Source: Armatimonadota bacterium
GTDB lineage: Bacteria > Armatimonadota > Fimbriimonadia > Fimbriimonadales > GBS-DC
Length of the DNA: 64,000 nt
Assembly: GCA_037444405.1 (NCBI GenBank)
Contig: JBBIML010000006.1
Coordinates: 128,001-192,000, forward strand
Direction: 5' to 3'
The position numbers were made by a program, and so were the translations under genes. This document shows, one piece after another, positions 47,604-56,144 of this stretch (position 1 is the stretch's first letter; each line of letters begins with the position of its first letter). The notes under the pieces are model-generated. The model did not search any database, was not told where the DNA came from, and worked only from the letters and a program-made list of their open reading frames with translations.

Positions 47604-48182
47604 ATGGGCAACGAGGCACTGGCGCTTGAAGCGTACCGTGAAGCCATCCATCGCTGGTTTGTGCGCCACGGTCTGGACGCCTGCACCGCCGACGACCTGA
47701 CCCAGCAGGTGCTGCTACGCCTGCACGGTGCAATCGCGCGCGGGCAAACGCTGACCCACGCCTACATCACGGCTGCCTGCCATAACGTGCTGAACGACTA
47801 TCTCCGCCAGCGTCAGCGGGAGCCAGCCTGCCTCTCGCTGGAAGAGTGCTGTGCCTGCGCCGTCGTTGAGATAGGCTATGAGGCGGTGGAGACCCGCCTG
47901 CTGCTGGAACAGGCGTTAGCTCAGCTGGGCGTGCGCGAGCGAACAATTGTGGAGCTGCACTATCTGGAGGAGTTGCCGTTTGCGGTGATTGGGGAGCGTT
48001 TGGGCGAGCCAGAGGAGCGTGTGAAGAAGGCGTGTCAGCGCGCCATCAGGAAGCTGCAGAGATGGGCACAGGGTGGCGGGGGGGGGTGGACTCCTCCCGC
48101 TCGTCGGGAAACCCGTGCGGTAAGAAAGGCAGATGATGAGAGGGTTGTTGTCCCGCGAAGGGCTGTCCGAGCGTTTATATAA
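47604..48182 (+). CDS. divergent ECF sigma factor
   Basis: ADDLTQQVLLRL, NVLNDYLR, IVELHYLEELPFAVIGERLG...VKK...RA. G9 tract at 48078-48086. Confidence 0.75.
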   Translation: MGNEALALEAYREAIHRWFVRHGLDACTADDLTQQVLLRLHGAIARGQTLTHAYITAACHNVLNDYLRQRQREPACLSLEECCACAVVEIGYEAVETRLLLEQALAQLGVRERTIVELHYLEELPFAVIGERLGEPEERVKKACQRAIRKLQRWAQGGGGGWTPPARRETRAVRKADDERVVVPRRAVRAFI

Positions 48183-48197
48183 TTGGAGGGTTTACGG

Positions 48198-48635
48198 ATG
48201 AGCGAGATGATGGTGGCGAAGGCAGGTTTTCAGCGCTGGCATCGGTGGGCGGCGCTGGGATTGGTGCTGATAGGTTGTGTCTGGCTGGGTTGGCTGACAG
48301 TTCGGTCGCAGGTGTCGGGGTCGCGTTTGTGGCTGGTTGGGGCGCGGTACGACGCGGGCAAGGTGAAGCGAGGTGAGGTAATTCGGCAGAGGGTATGGGT
48401 TTTCAATCCATCGTTGGGGGAGGTAGTGCTGAAGGTGGAGCCGTCGTGTGGGTGCAGTGTGGTGGAGTTGCCGTATGATCGGCTGACGCCGTTGAACGGG
48501 TTTCCGGTGGAGGTTCGCATAGAAACCTGGGGTTTGCCGTTGGGGTATCAGGAGAAGGTGGCGGAGTTGAATGCGTTGTCTGGTGGGATTCGCTGGCAGG
48601 AGAGGGTGGTGATTCGGCTGGAAGTAGTGCCCTGA
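48198..48635 (+). CDS. DUF1573-like Ig-fold protein with N-terminal anchor
   Basis: YDAGKV...VFNPS...VEPSCGCS motif. Confidence 0.7.
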   Translation: MSEMMVAKAGFQRWHRWAALGLVLIGCVWLGWLTVRSQVSGSRLWLVGARYDAGKVKRGEVIRQRVWVFNPSLGEVVLKVEPSCGCSVVELPYDRLTPLNGFPVEVRIETWGLPLGYQEKVAELNALSGGIRWQERVVIRLEVVP

Positions 48636-48686
48636 TGTCCCCTGACGGGGTTTGGGAGCGTTTAATATAGATGGAGGTGAACGAAA

Positions 48687-49145
48687 ATGGCACGAAAAGC
48701 ATTGAGGAGACGACTGGTTGCTTCGGTGGTGTTCGCCACCTTATTAGCGTCACTCCCTGTATCTGTAATCCCGTCAGATGTGTGCGGGATTGCAAACACT
48801 GATATTAACCCGGCTGCGGTTATGCCGTGTCCTAATCCACCACCAAGTCAGACTTTGCCAGGCTATAAATGCGCTCCTTGGTTCTGGGCTAGCTGCCAGG
48901 ATATTCCCTGCCGCTGTACAACTTATACTTATTGCTATGGGCAAGGACGATTTCGTATCTGTGTTTCCGTCACAATATGCGAGGAGTTTGTCTCTACCCG
49001 AGCACAGTTCCCGCGCTGCTATCCGTCACCTGGTTCCACATGTACATACAACCCTCGCCCATGCGGCACGTATTATAAGTACTTTGGACGCTGTGGTGGC
49101 ATACGATTTTGGAGGTTCGATGGCTGGATTCTCTCCTGCGCTTGA
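48687..49145 (+). CDS. secreted cysteine-rich peptide (14 Cys)
   Basis: GGAGGTG RBS, basic-hydrophobic signal peptide, 14 Cys, rich in Tyr/Pro/Arg. Confidence 0.75.
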   Translation: MARKALRRRLVASVVFATLLASLPVSVIPSDVCGIANTDINPAAVMPCPNPPPSQTLPGYKCAPWFWASCQDIPCRCTTYTYCYGQGRFRICVSVTICEEFVSTRAQFPRCYPSPGSTCTYNPRPCGTYYKYFGRCGGIRFWRFDGWILSCA

Positions 49146-49150
49146 TAACA

Positions 49151-50467
49151 ATGTACAGAAGGCTTCTGATTTGGGTGGTAGCAGGTGGTGTCGTGCTGGT
49201 AGCGGCTGGAATTGGGTTTTACCTGCTGACAGCCTATCTGATAACAAAAAAGCTGATGCAGAGCCTCCAGCCGCTGCCAGCAAACCAGATATTTCGCTCT
49301 GCTATCCCTGCCTCGTCGTCTCCAAATAAGCCCTTGCCCAAAGCGGAGACAATTTTTGAGGCTGCCGATAGTTCTTTCACCTCTATGGAGCGTATAAATA
49401 TCCAGCTAAACATAAATCAATATTTATCACCATTCTTCTTAACCCTTTTGTCTACACCACCCACTGCCTCGACACAACCAAGTTCTTCAACGACATATAT
49501 TTCTATCGATATTAATGATATTAATTCAAATATAATAAATGAGTGGCATATCGATTTCGGTCAACGATCAGTTCTATTTAAGAAGATTAAAGATGACACG
49601 ACCCAACAAACACCCAAGAGGCTTCGCCCCATTGTAAAGTCAGAACCCATTAAACAAGCTGCCTATGATGGCACGCGGTGGGTTATCATACTGGACGACT
49701 ATCACCATCCGCTCAAACTACCTGAATATGACTGGCGGTATCAAGTGATCTTGCTTGGTAGCCTCGAAGAGGGTATAAAGGTGATTAATAGGATTGAGAG
49801 TAGCGACCTGCTCCTGCCTTTGTTCGGACTTCATCGAGCCTATCTGTTTGCTGAAAATAATATAGACAGTTTAATAAAAGTTAATAAAGCTCTTAATGTT
49901 GAAGGGATACCGAATGGGTGGAGAGTAGAGACAGTTGGAGTTGATCGGATAAATGGATATGAATGTTACAGAATCCGAGCTTCTAACCCCAATCTGCAAT
50001 CCACAGTCTGGCTCTGGTTCTGTCCTAACTTGCAGAATCGGTGTGTGCGCGCGGAAGCTCTGGTATCTGGCAACATTAAGGTCAATGGACAGCCCGCATC
50101 ATTTGCAATCGCTGCTGAGATAACAGAGTGGGCTACTGAAGACTTCAAAATCCCCATGCCCAGAAAATTAAAGATTACGAGATATTTTCCATCTTCTAAA
50201 TCGGAGTATATCCTGTTTGATCGTGTTGAAGCGACTGTTCGCTATCTGAAGCCGATAGCCGAGCATGAGTATCATCTTTCGATTCCGACTGATTCGGCGC
50301 ATGTTTCAGACAACATCAATAACCGTGTTTATACCGTCGGTAAGATGGTTCCCATCGCCCCCCGCAAATCGCTGGTAGTGCCCGCACTGATTGCAGGCTC
50401 AGTCATAATGGCGCTGATAGCCATTTTCGGCTTACGCGCTTACAGGAGGTGGGCTTACCGTGGATAA
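49151..50467 (+). CDS. hypothetical protein with N- and C-terminal TM helices and a beta-rich periplasmic domain
   Basis: Long AT-rich ORF with hydrophobic ends. The segment G.DRINGYECYRI..VWLWFCP resembles LolA/MucB-like folds (weak). Confidence 0.7.
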   Translation: MYRRLLIWVVAGGVVLVAAGIGFYLLTAYLITKKLMQSLQPLPANQIFRSAIPASSSPNKPLPKAETIFEAADSSFTSMERINIQLNINQYLSPFFLTLLSTPPTASTQPSSSTTYISIDINDINSNIINEWHIDFGQRSVLFKKIKDDTTQQTPKRLRPIVKSEPIKQAAYDGTRWVIILDDYHHPLKLPEYDWRYQVILLGSLEEGIKVINRIESSDLLLPLFGLHRAYLFAENNIDSLIKVNKALNVEGIPNGWRVETVGVDRINGYECYRIRASNPNLQSTVWLWFCPNLQNRCVRAEALVSGNIKVNGQPASFAIAAEITEWATEDFKIPMPRKLKITRYFPSSKSEYILFDRVEATVRYLKPIAEHEYHLSIPTDSAHVSDNINNRVYTVGKMVPIAPRKSLVVPALIAGSVIMALIAIFGLRAYRRWAYRG

Positions 50468-51491
50468 ACGGAAGGTGTTGATGAGCTTGCCTGCGGTCCT
50501 CCTATTGTTGCTGATTGGAGTGACCACCTATTGGTGGATAACGCGATCATCCACAGCGTCACGATCATCAGCAGATGAGCTACCTGTGTTCGCGACATCC
50601 AGAGTATCGATTGGTAATCGGTTTGAAGAGGATCATACCTATACAGATGTTAAATTCGTAAACAAAACAAATCTCACATGGCGAGTGAAAAGGGTACTTT
50701 ATTCCTGTTGTGGAAACACGGAGCAATACTATCGCTGGCAGCCTGAAGTTGTTCCTCCTGGCGCCACTTTGCAAGTGCATGCCCGACTGGACTTTTCGGG
50801 GCATCTGGCAGGTGTTGCAGAGAGAGCTTTTGTGCAGACCTTCTGGGTGGAGGTGGAAACGGATGGCAACCCCCGAAGAGGCTTTCTTGTCGCGGAAGTT
50901 GAGGGGGTTCAGAAGAACTGTCTTCCTGACGCTCCTCTGTATCTGCATCTGAAATCATCCAAGCCAGGCACATTATCTTACAGCCTCCATCCAGAAATCA
51001 ATCTGCAAGACATCAAGGTATCTACAACCTTGCCATGTCTGCGGGCTTTTGTCGACACCCAGCAGAGACAATTGAGGATCAAATACTATCCTGTTGATAA
51101 AGACTATTCTGGAAAATTAATCATAAAAGATAAAGAAGGAAATATAGTTCGTACAATTGTTGTTGCAATTATGCCTGCGGAACGAATCCTCATAACTCCC
51201 CGCTTATTAGGATTTGGATTGGTTGATAAAAACAAAATTTATAGAAAATATTTAAGATTAAATCTTGGAAAAATTTTGCAATATCATAACGAGATAAGGC
51301 TCCTTAATCCTGTATCGCCTGCGGGCAGGTTCCGAATCGCTGACATCGAGCGCGAGAACCAATCGGTGCTTTTGACAATTGAGTTTGTGCCGCATACTGA
51401 TGGCGTCCATCGAGGGAAGCTCAGAATTCAAGCAGGCAAAACGGCTCTCGATGTACCGTGGAGCTGCGAAACCGTGCCTGCCTCGCGCTAA
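50460..51491 (+). CDS. membrane-anchored DUF1573-like multi-Ig protein
   Basis: TM helix, FVNKT..VKRVLYSCCG..VVPPG, second P..LGFG.V repeat. Overlaps the upstream stop. Confidence 0.65.
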   Translation: MDKRKVLMSLPAVLLLLLIGVTTYWWITRSSTASRSSADELPVFATSRVSIGNRFEEDHTYTDVKFVNKTNLTWRVKRVLYSCCGNTEQYYRWQPEVVPPGATLQVHARLDFSGHLAGVAERAFVQTFWVEVETDGNPRRGFLVAEVEGVQKNCLPDAPLYLHLKSSKPGTLSYSLHPEINLQDIKVSTTLPCLRAFVDTQQRQLRIKYYPVDKDYSGKLIIKDKEGNIVRTIVVAIMPAERILITPRLLGFGLVDKNKIYRKYLRLNLGKILQYHNEIRLLNPVSPAGRFRIADIERENQSVLLTIEFVPHTDGVHRGKLRIQAGKTALDVPWSCETVPASR

Positions 51492-51539
51492 CGGGCGTAC
51501 TCAAGAAAAAAAGTTGCTTATCAGGTACAGTCTATAGTG

Positions 51540-52925
51540 ATGGCGAAGGCACGGGTGCAGTATGTGTGTGCGACCTGTGGGCATATAACGCCGCGCTGGG
51601 TGGGGCGCTGCCCCGAATGCGGCGAGTGGAACACCCTTCAGGAGGAATCGGTCGGCGTCGTACAGCGGTCGCCCAGGCGCGGTGGCGGTCAGACGGTTGT
51701 CAAGCCCCTGCTCGCCATGCCCATCACCGCCCTCCCTGAAGAGACCGAAGCCCACATCCCCACCGGACTGGAGGAGTTCGACCGCGTGCTGGGCGGCGGC
51801 ATCGTGCGCGGCGCGATGGTGCTGATCGGCGGCGAGCCGGGCGTCGGCAAAAGCACGCTGATGCTGCAAATCGCCCATCGGCTGGCGCAACACGGAACCG
51901 TGCTGTATATCACAGGCGAGGAATCGGTTCGCCAGCTGCGCCTGCGTGCCCGCCGCCTGCAGACCGAGCATCCGAACCTGAAGGTCGCCACGGGCAACGA
52001 GCTGGAGAGCGTCCTGGCGCTCCTTGAGAATGAGCTGCCCTTCGCGGCGATTATCGACTCCATCCAGACGCTCTACACGCCCGCTGTGGAAGCCGTGCTC
52101 GGCACCGTCTCGCAGATTCGAACCTGCGCCAGCGCGCTGCAACAGCTCGCCAAAGCGCACGAAATCACGCTGTTCTTGATCGGGCATGTCACCAAAGAGG
52201 GCGCGATTGCCGGACCGAAGGTGCTGGAGCATCTGGTCGACACAGTTCTCTACTTTGAGGGTGAACCGCAGGGCGCGTTCCGCATTCTGCGAGCGACCAA
52301 GAATCGGTTCGGGGCGACTGACGAGATTGGCGTGTTCGATTTGCGGGCGGAGGGGCTGGTTCCCGTGCCGAACCCGTCGGAGCTGCTGCTGGCGGAGCGG
52401 GCGACCGACGCGCCCGGCTCGGTGGTGTTCCCTGCGCTGGAGGGCAGTCGCGCCCTGTTGATGGAGATTCAGGCACTGACCACGCCCTCCTTTCTGAACA
52501 CGCCGCGCCGCGTTATCACAGGGTTGAGCTATGAGCGGGTGAGCCTTGTGCTGGCGGTGCTGGAGAAGCGACTGGGCTATCGGATGATCTCGCACGATGT
52601 GTTTGTGAATGTGGCGGGTGGGTTGCGCTTGCAGGAGCCGGCGGCGGATCTGGCGGTGCTGATGGCGGTCGCCTCTGCGATGCGCGATCAGCCGTTGCGC
52701 CCCGATCTGGTGGTGTTTGGCGAGGTGGGGCTGGGCGGTGAGGTGCGGGGCGTGCCGCGCATGGAGGCACGCCTGCGCGAAGCGGCTCGCATGGGCTTCC
52801 GCTACGCACTCGTGCCCCACAGCAATCTCCAGCGCCCGCACGAACGGCTCCCGCTCAGCGCGTTCCCCGTCCGCCACGCCCGCGAAGCCATCGCCCAGGC
52901 GCTGGCACACACCGAATCGGGTTAG
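51540..52925 (+). CDS. radA: DNA repair protein RadA/Sms
   Basis: CxxC...CPEC zinc finger, GGEPGVGKSTL, DSIQT, KNRFG, GEVGLGGEVR. Confidence 0.98.
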   Translation: MAKARVQYVCATCGHITPRWVGRCPECGEWNTLQEESVGVVQRSPRRGGGQTVVKPLLAMPITALPEETEAHIPTGLEEFDRVLGGGIVRGAMVLIGGEPGVGKSTLMLQIAHRLAQHGTVLYITGEESVRQLRLRARRLQTEHPNLKVATGNELESVLALLENELPFAAIIDSIQTLYTPAVEAVLGTVSQIRTCASALQQLAKAHEITLFLIGHVTKEGAIAGPKVLEHLVDTVLYFEGEPQGAFRILRATKNRFGATDEIGVFDLRAEGLVPVPNPSELLLAERATDAPGSVVFPALEGSRALLMEIQALTTPSFLNTPRRVITGLSYERVSLVLAVLEKRLGYRMISHDVFVNVAGGLRLQEPAADLAVLMAVASAMRDQPLRPDLVVFGEVGLGGEVRGVPRMEARLREAARMGFRYALVPHSNLQRPHERLPLSAFPVRHAREAIAQALAHTESG

Positions 52926-52969
52926 CCCCTCTCCCCCACTGGGGAAGAGGGTACGGGTGAGGGGGCTGA
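52925..52969. repeat. REP-like palindromic repeat, family A (between convergent genes)
   Basis: cccctctcccccactggggaagagggtacgggtgagggggctga matches the reverse complement of the 4297 copy. Confidence 0.8.
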
Positions 52970-52972
52970 ACC

Positions 52973-54949
52973 TCACTGATCCCAGCCTAAATGCCCATTA
53001 ATGGAGATGGTGTACACCGCCTGACCCGTCACCAGCCGATAGATGGCTAATGGCGTGTCCACCGCGAACTCCGCCAGGATCACCCCCAGCGCAATCGCCC
53101 GCAGCTTCTCATAGCCCGGCAAGCCCCAGTAGCGGTTCACAAACAGCTTGATAATCAGCACCATTAGCAGCCCGAACCAGATGTAGTCGATGCCAAAGTT
53201 CATCGAGAGCGCGTAGCCCGCGGGATGGATCGGGAAGCCAGGCACGCGATAGCGAATGAAATCGAGCAGCAGCACGAAGCAGAACGCGCCCGTGAAGAAC
53301 GCCATCGCCGTTACATTCGGCGGGTAGCGGTTATCGGCTAACTGCGTGATGACACCCGCCATGCCGCCCGCCCAGTCCGGTGCGCCATCCCGATAGAACC
53401 GATTCACGCTGAACAGCTCGCCCAGAAAGATGCCCGTCAGCACCGCCGCCGCAATCACAAAAAACAGCCCGCGCTGATTGAGGCGGGCAATCTCGCCCAT
53501 CTTCATCGCCTCCAGCTCGTACGGCATCGGATGCGTGCGGTGCAAACGGTTCATAAAATGGAAGGTGGTCATCAGGCGAGCGATGGTCGATTCGGAGAGA
53601 TTCTGCGTGCCCGTGAAGGCAATCATCAGCTGGTGCGGTCCCATGAACGCCATCTCGTGGATGGGGGCGCCCAGCTGCGCCCGCAACCGCGCCACAATCA
53701 CGCTGAACGCCATGTAGAGCGCCACATAGATGGTCACCAGCCACCAGGGCAGCCCCACCGCCACGCCCAGCCCAATCAGCAGACCCAGACTGAGAATCAG
53801 CCCGATGAACGCCCAGCGTGCAGAAATCGCGTAGCCCGCGTCGGGGTTGAACCCTGTGCGAATCTCGTTCCAGATCTCCTTCAGATAACCGCGCGACGCC
53901 CACACCACGCTCACGAACAGCCCCAGAAACGCGCCCCACGACTGCTCGCTGAAATAGGGCGGCTGCGGCACCAGATAGCCCCCACCAAACACGCCCTGCT
54001 CGTAGCCCAGCGCCGCCGTAATCACCTGCATCCCCTTGCGCACAAAGTAGAACAGAATGCACGAAAAGAGCAGGTCATTCGGCACGAACACGCCAATCGC
54101 CGTCATATAAGGAAACAGCCCCATCGGGATCCAGCCAATCTGATTCCAGGGCGGGCTTTGCAGGTACTCGTTCAATCGCGCCAGAAAGCGCACCTTGATG
54201 GGCGGAATCCACGGATAGAAGAAGTTGAGCGCGTTCAGCGTGTCGATGGCAACCATCACGAGGAAGCCACCCCACAGATATTTGCTCCGCCACAGCGGCG
54301 CCTGCGGCTGACACAGCAGCATCGGCACTTGCAGGATGGGGAACGCCAGCCGCTCTTGCTGCGTCCACAGCCGCCGCATCAGCGCGTTAATGCAGAGCAT
54401 CGCCAGCGCCGCCGAGCCGAACAGCCCCATCCAGCCCAGAAAGATGGGCAACCACAGGGGCAACTTCGTCAGCACATAGGGCATCCCGTGCCCGCCCTGA
54501 CCGTAATCCGGCAGCTGATCCCCGCTTTTGAAGAAGAGCCAGCCGGCAATATGGGGCAGCACGCGCGTCTTGTAGGTGTTGTTCTGGTCGGCATACAGCC
54601 CGAAGGCGTGCCAGAGCGGTGAGACGACCGCCATCCACTCCGCCGACATCGCCGTGCCCACAAACAGAATGCTGAACAGCAGCACCAGATCGGGCGTGCG
54701 CAGAAACCAGCGACGGGTCAGCCCGTAGCCGATGGCGTTCAGCAGGGCGACCGCCATCAGCGCGGAAACGGGTGGGATAATCAGCGAGAAGATGACGCTC
54801 ACCACGCTCTCCACCGCCCAGTAGGTGGTGAACGGCAACAGGGCGAACCCGATCAGCAGCGCTCGCAACCGAATCGGGTTCGCCTGTTCCGATGGAGCCA
54901 CCTCGCTCACAGCGGAGACCATTGCCTCCGATGAGGGCTTCGTTTGCAT
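52973..54949 (-). CDS. polytopic membrane protein (DUF6785/DUF6784-like putative transporter)
   Basis: Many TM helices. Motifs W..QERLAFPI, RLRAQLGAP, FPIHPAGY, YWGLPGYEK. Confidence 0.75.
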   Translation of the reverse strand: MQTKPSSEAMVSAVSEVAPSEQANPIRLRALLIGFALLPFTTYWAVESVVSVIFSLIIPPVSALMAVALLNAIGYGLTRRWFLRTPDLVLLFSILFVGTAMSAEWMAVVSPLWHAFGLYADQNNTYKTRVLPHIAGWLFFKSGDQLPDYGQGGHGMPYVLTKLPLWLPIFLGWMGLFGSAALAMLCINALMRRLWTQQERLAFPILQVPMLLCQPQAPLWRSKYLWGGFLVMVAIDTLNALNFFYPWIPPIKVRFLARLNEYLQSPPWNQIGWIPMGLFPYMTAIGVFVPNDLLFSCILFYFVRKGMQVITAALGYEQGVFGGGYLVPQPPYFSEQSWGAFLGLFVSVVWASRGYLKEIWNEIRTGFNPDAGYAISARWAFIGLILSLGLLIGLGVAVGLPWWLVTIYVALYMAFSVIVARLRAQLGAPIHEMAFMGPHQLMIAFTGTQNLSESTIARLMTTFHFMNRLHRTHPMPYELEAMKMGEIARLNQRGLFFVIAAAVLTGIFLGELFSVNRFYRDGAPDWAGGMAGVITQLADNRYPPNVTAMAFFTGAFCFVLLLDFIRYRVPGFPIHPAGYALSMNFGIDYIWFGLLMVLIIKLFVNRYWGLPGYEKLRAIALGVILAEFAVDTPLAIYRLVTGQAVYTISINGHLGWDQ

Positions 54950-55001
54950 CGATATATGTTTTGATTCGCCCTGCGCCGCCGATTGTCCTGCTCACCCGGG
55001 C

Positions 55002-56120
55002 TTATCCGAGTCGGTTCAGGCGCACGCGATAGATATGGGCGGACGCCTCGCGCGGGATGCCGCCGCGTGCCAGCGCGCGCTCGATCTGCTCCTGCGAGAT
55101 TCGCGCGTCGGGGATGGGCGGCACAATCGCGCTGACGCGACCTTGCCACTCCACCAGCACGGCGTCGCGCTGGGGATCCACCTGCGCCCCCTCCCGCAAC
55201 GGCTCATACGACTCCACCAGATAGACCACATAGCGCAGGGTGGGCAGCTCATACGGCTCCACGGGCGGGCGGTGCGGGTCCAGCAGGGCGGCGCGGGTCG
55301 CCTGATGGATAATCTCGTGAGCGCGGGTCGGCTTCTGGGGCTTCAGACTGCCCATCAGTCCGCGCAGTTGCTCGTCCTGATAGAGCGCGACGAACACACT
55401 GCCTGGCTCCCGCAGCGCCTTCGGCAGGCGTCGCAGGTCAGGCTCAATCAGCGCGCCCTCCTGCACGAACCGCTCCACCGCCGTCTGCGCCAGCTGCAGG
55501 CAAGCTGCTTCCAGCGACGGCTCCGTTTTGCGCCATGTGAGGCGCGGCTCCTGACCACGCAGGATGCGCTGAATGTTGGCGCGATGGCGGAACACCACAA
55601 TCGCCGCCGCGACCGCCAGAATCGCGATGGCAGCGGGCGAGTGCCCGAACCAGTAGGCGGCAATTGGCACGGTAATCGCGCCCAGAATGGAGCCGAGCGA
55701 GACCCAGCGGGTCAGCCCGAAGGCAATCAGCCACACGACAAAGGCGACGCCAGCGGTCGCGGGCGCAGCCGCTAACAGCACGCCCAGCCCTGTCGCGATG
55801 CCCTTGCCGCCCCGAAAGCGCATAAAAGGCGAGAAGGTGTGTCCCAGTATCGCCGCCGCGCCGATTAGCAAAGCGTCCACATCGCTCTGGGTCGCACGAA
55901 CCACTGCAAAGGTGGGCAGCCAGCCCTTGAAGGCGTCCAGCAACAGCACCGCCACGCCCGCCTTCGCGCCCAGCACACGGAACACATTCGTCGCGCCGAT
56001 GTTGCCGCTCCCATGCTGGCGGATATCGACCCCGCGCAGTCGCCCCACCCAGTAGCCGAACGGCAGCGAGCCGATACCGAACGCCACCAGCATCACTCCA
56101 AGCAGCGCGTACCACTCCAT
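55002..56120 (-). CDS. plsY: glycerol-3-phosphate acyltransferase PlsY fused to an AMMECR1-like domain
   Basis: GSLPFG, GSGNIGATN, DAFKG, LGHTFSPF..FRGGKGIAT, RHRANIQR. Then VFVAL...LRGLMGS...AALLDP..PPV...EL. Confidence 0.88.
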   Translation of the reverse strand: MEWYALLGVMLVAFGIGSLPFGYWVGRLRGVDIRQHGSGNIGATNVFRVLGAKAGVAVLLLDAFKGWLPTFAVVRATQSDVDALLIGAAAILGHTFSPFMRFRGGKGIATGLGVLLAAAPATAGVAFVVWLIAFGLTRWVSLGSILGAITVPIAAYWFGHSPAAIAILAVAAAIVVFRHRANIQRILRGQEPRLTWRKTEPSLEAACLQLAQTAVERFVQEGALIEPDLRRLPKALREPGSVFVALYQDEQLRGLMGSLKPQKPTRAHEIIHQATRAALLDPHRPPVEPYELPTLRYVVYLVESYEPLREGAQVDPQRDAVLVEWQGRVSAIVPPIPDARISQEQIERALARGGIPREASAHIYRVRLNRLG

Positions 56121-56144
56121 CCCAGCAGATTATACCGCAGGCTT

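Noticed and set aside
48687..49145. Classical RiPP precursor (lanthipeptide, sactipeptide or ranthipeptide)
   Set aside because: It has a Sec-type signal peptide, and no modifying enzyme or peptidase-ABC transporter lies in the island; retained only as a disulfide-rich peptide candidate.
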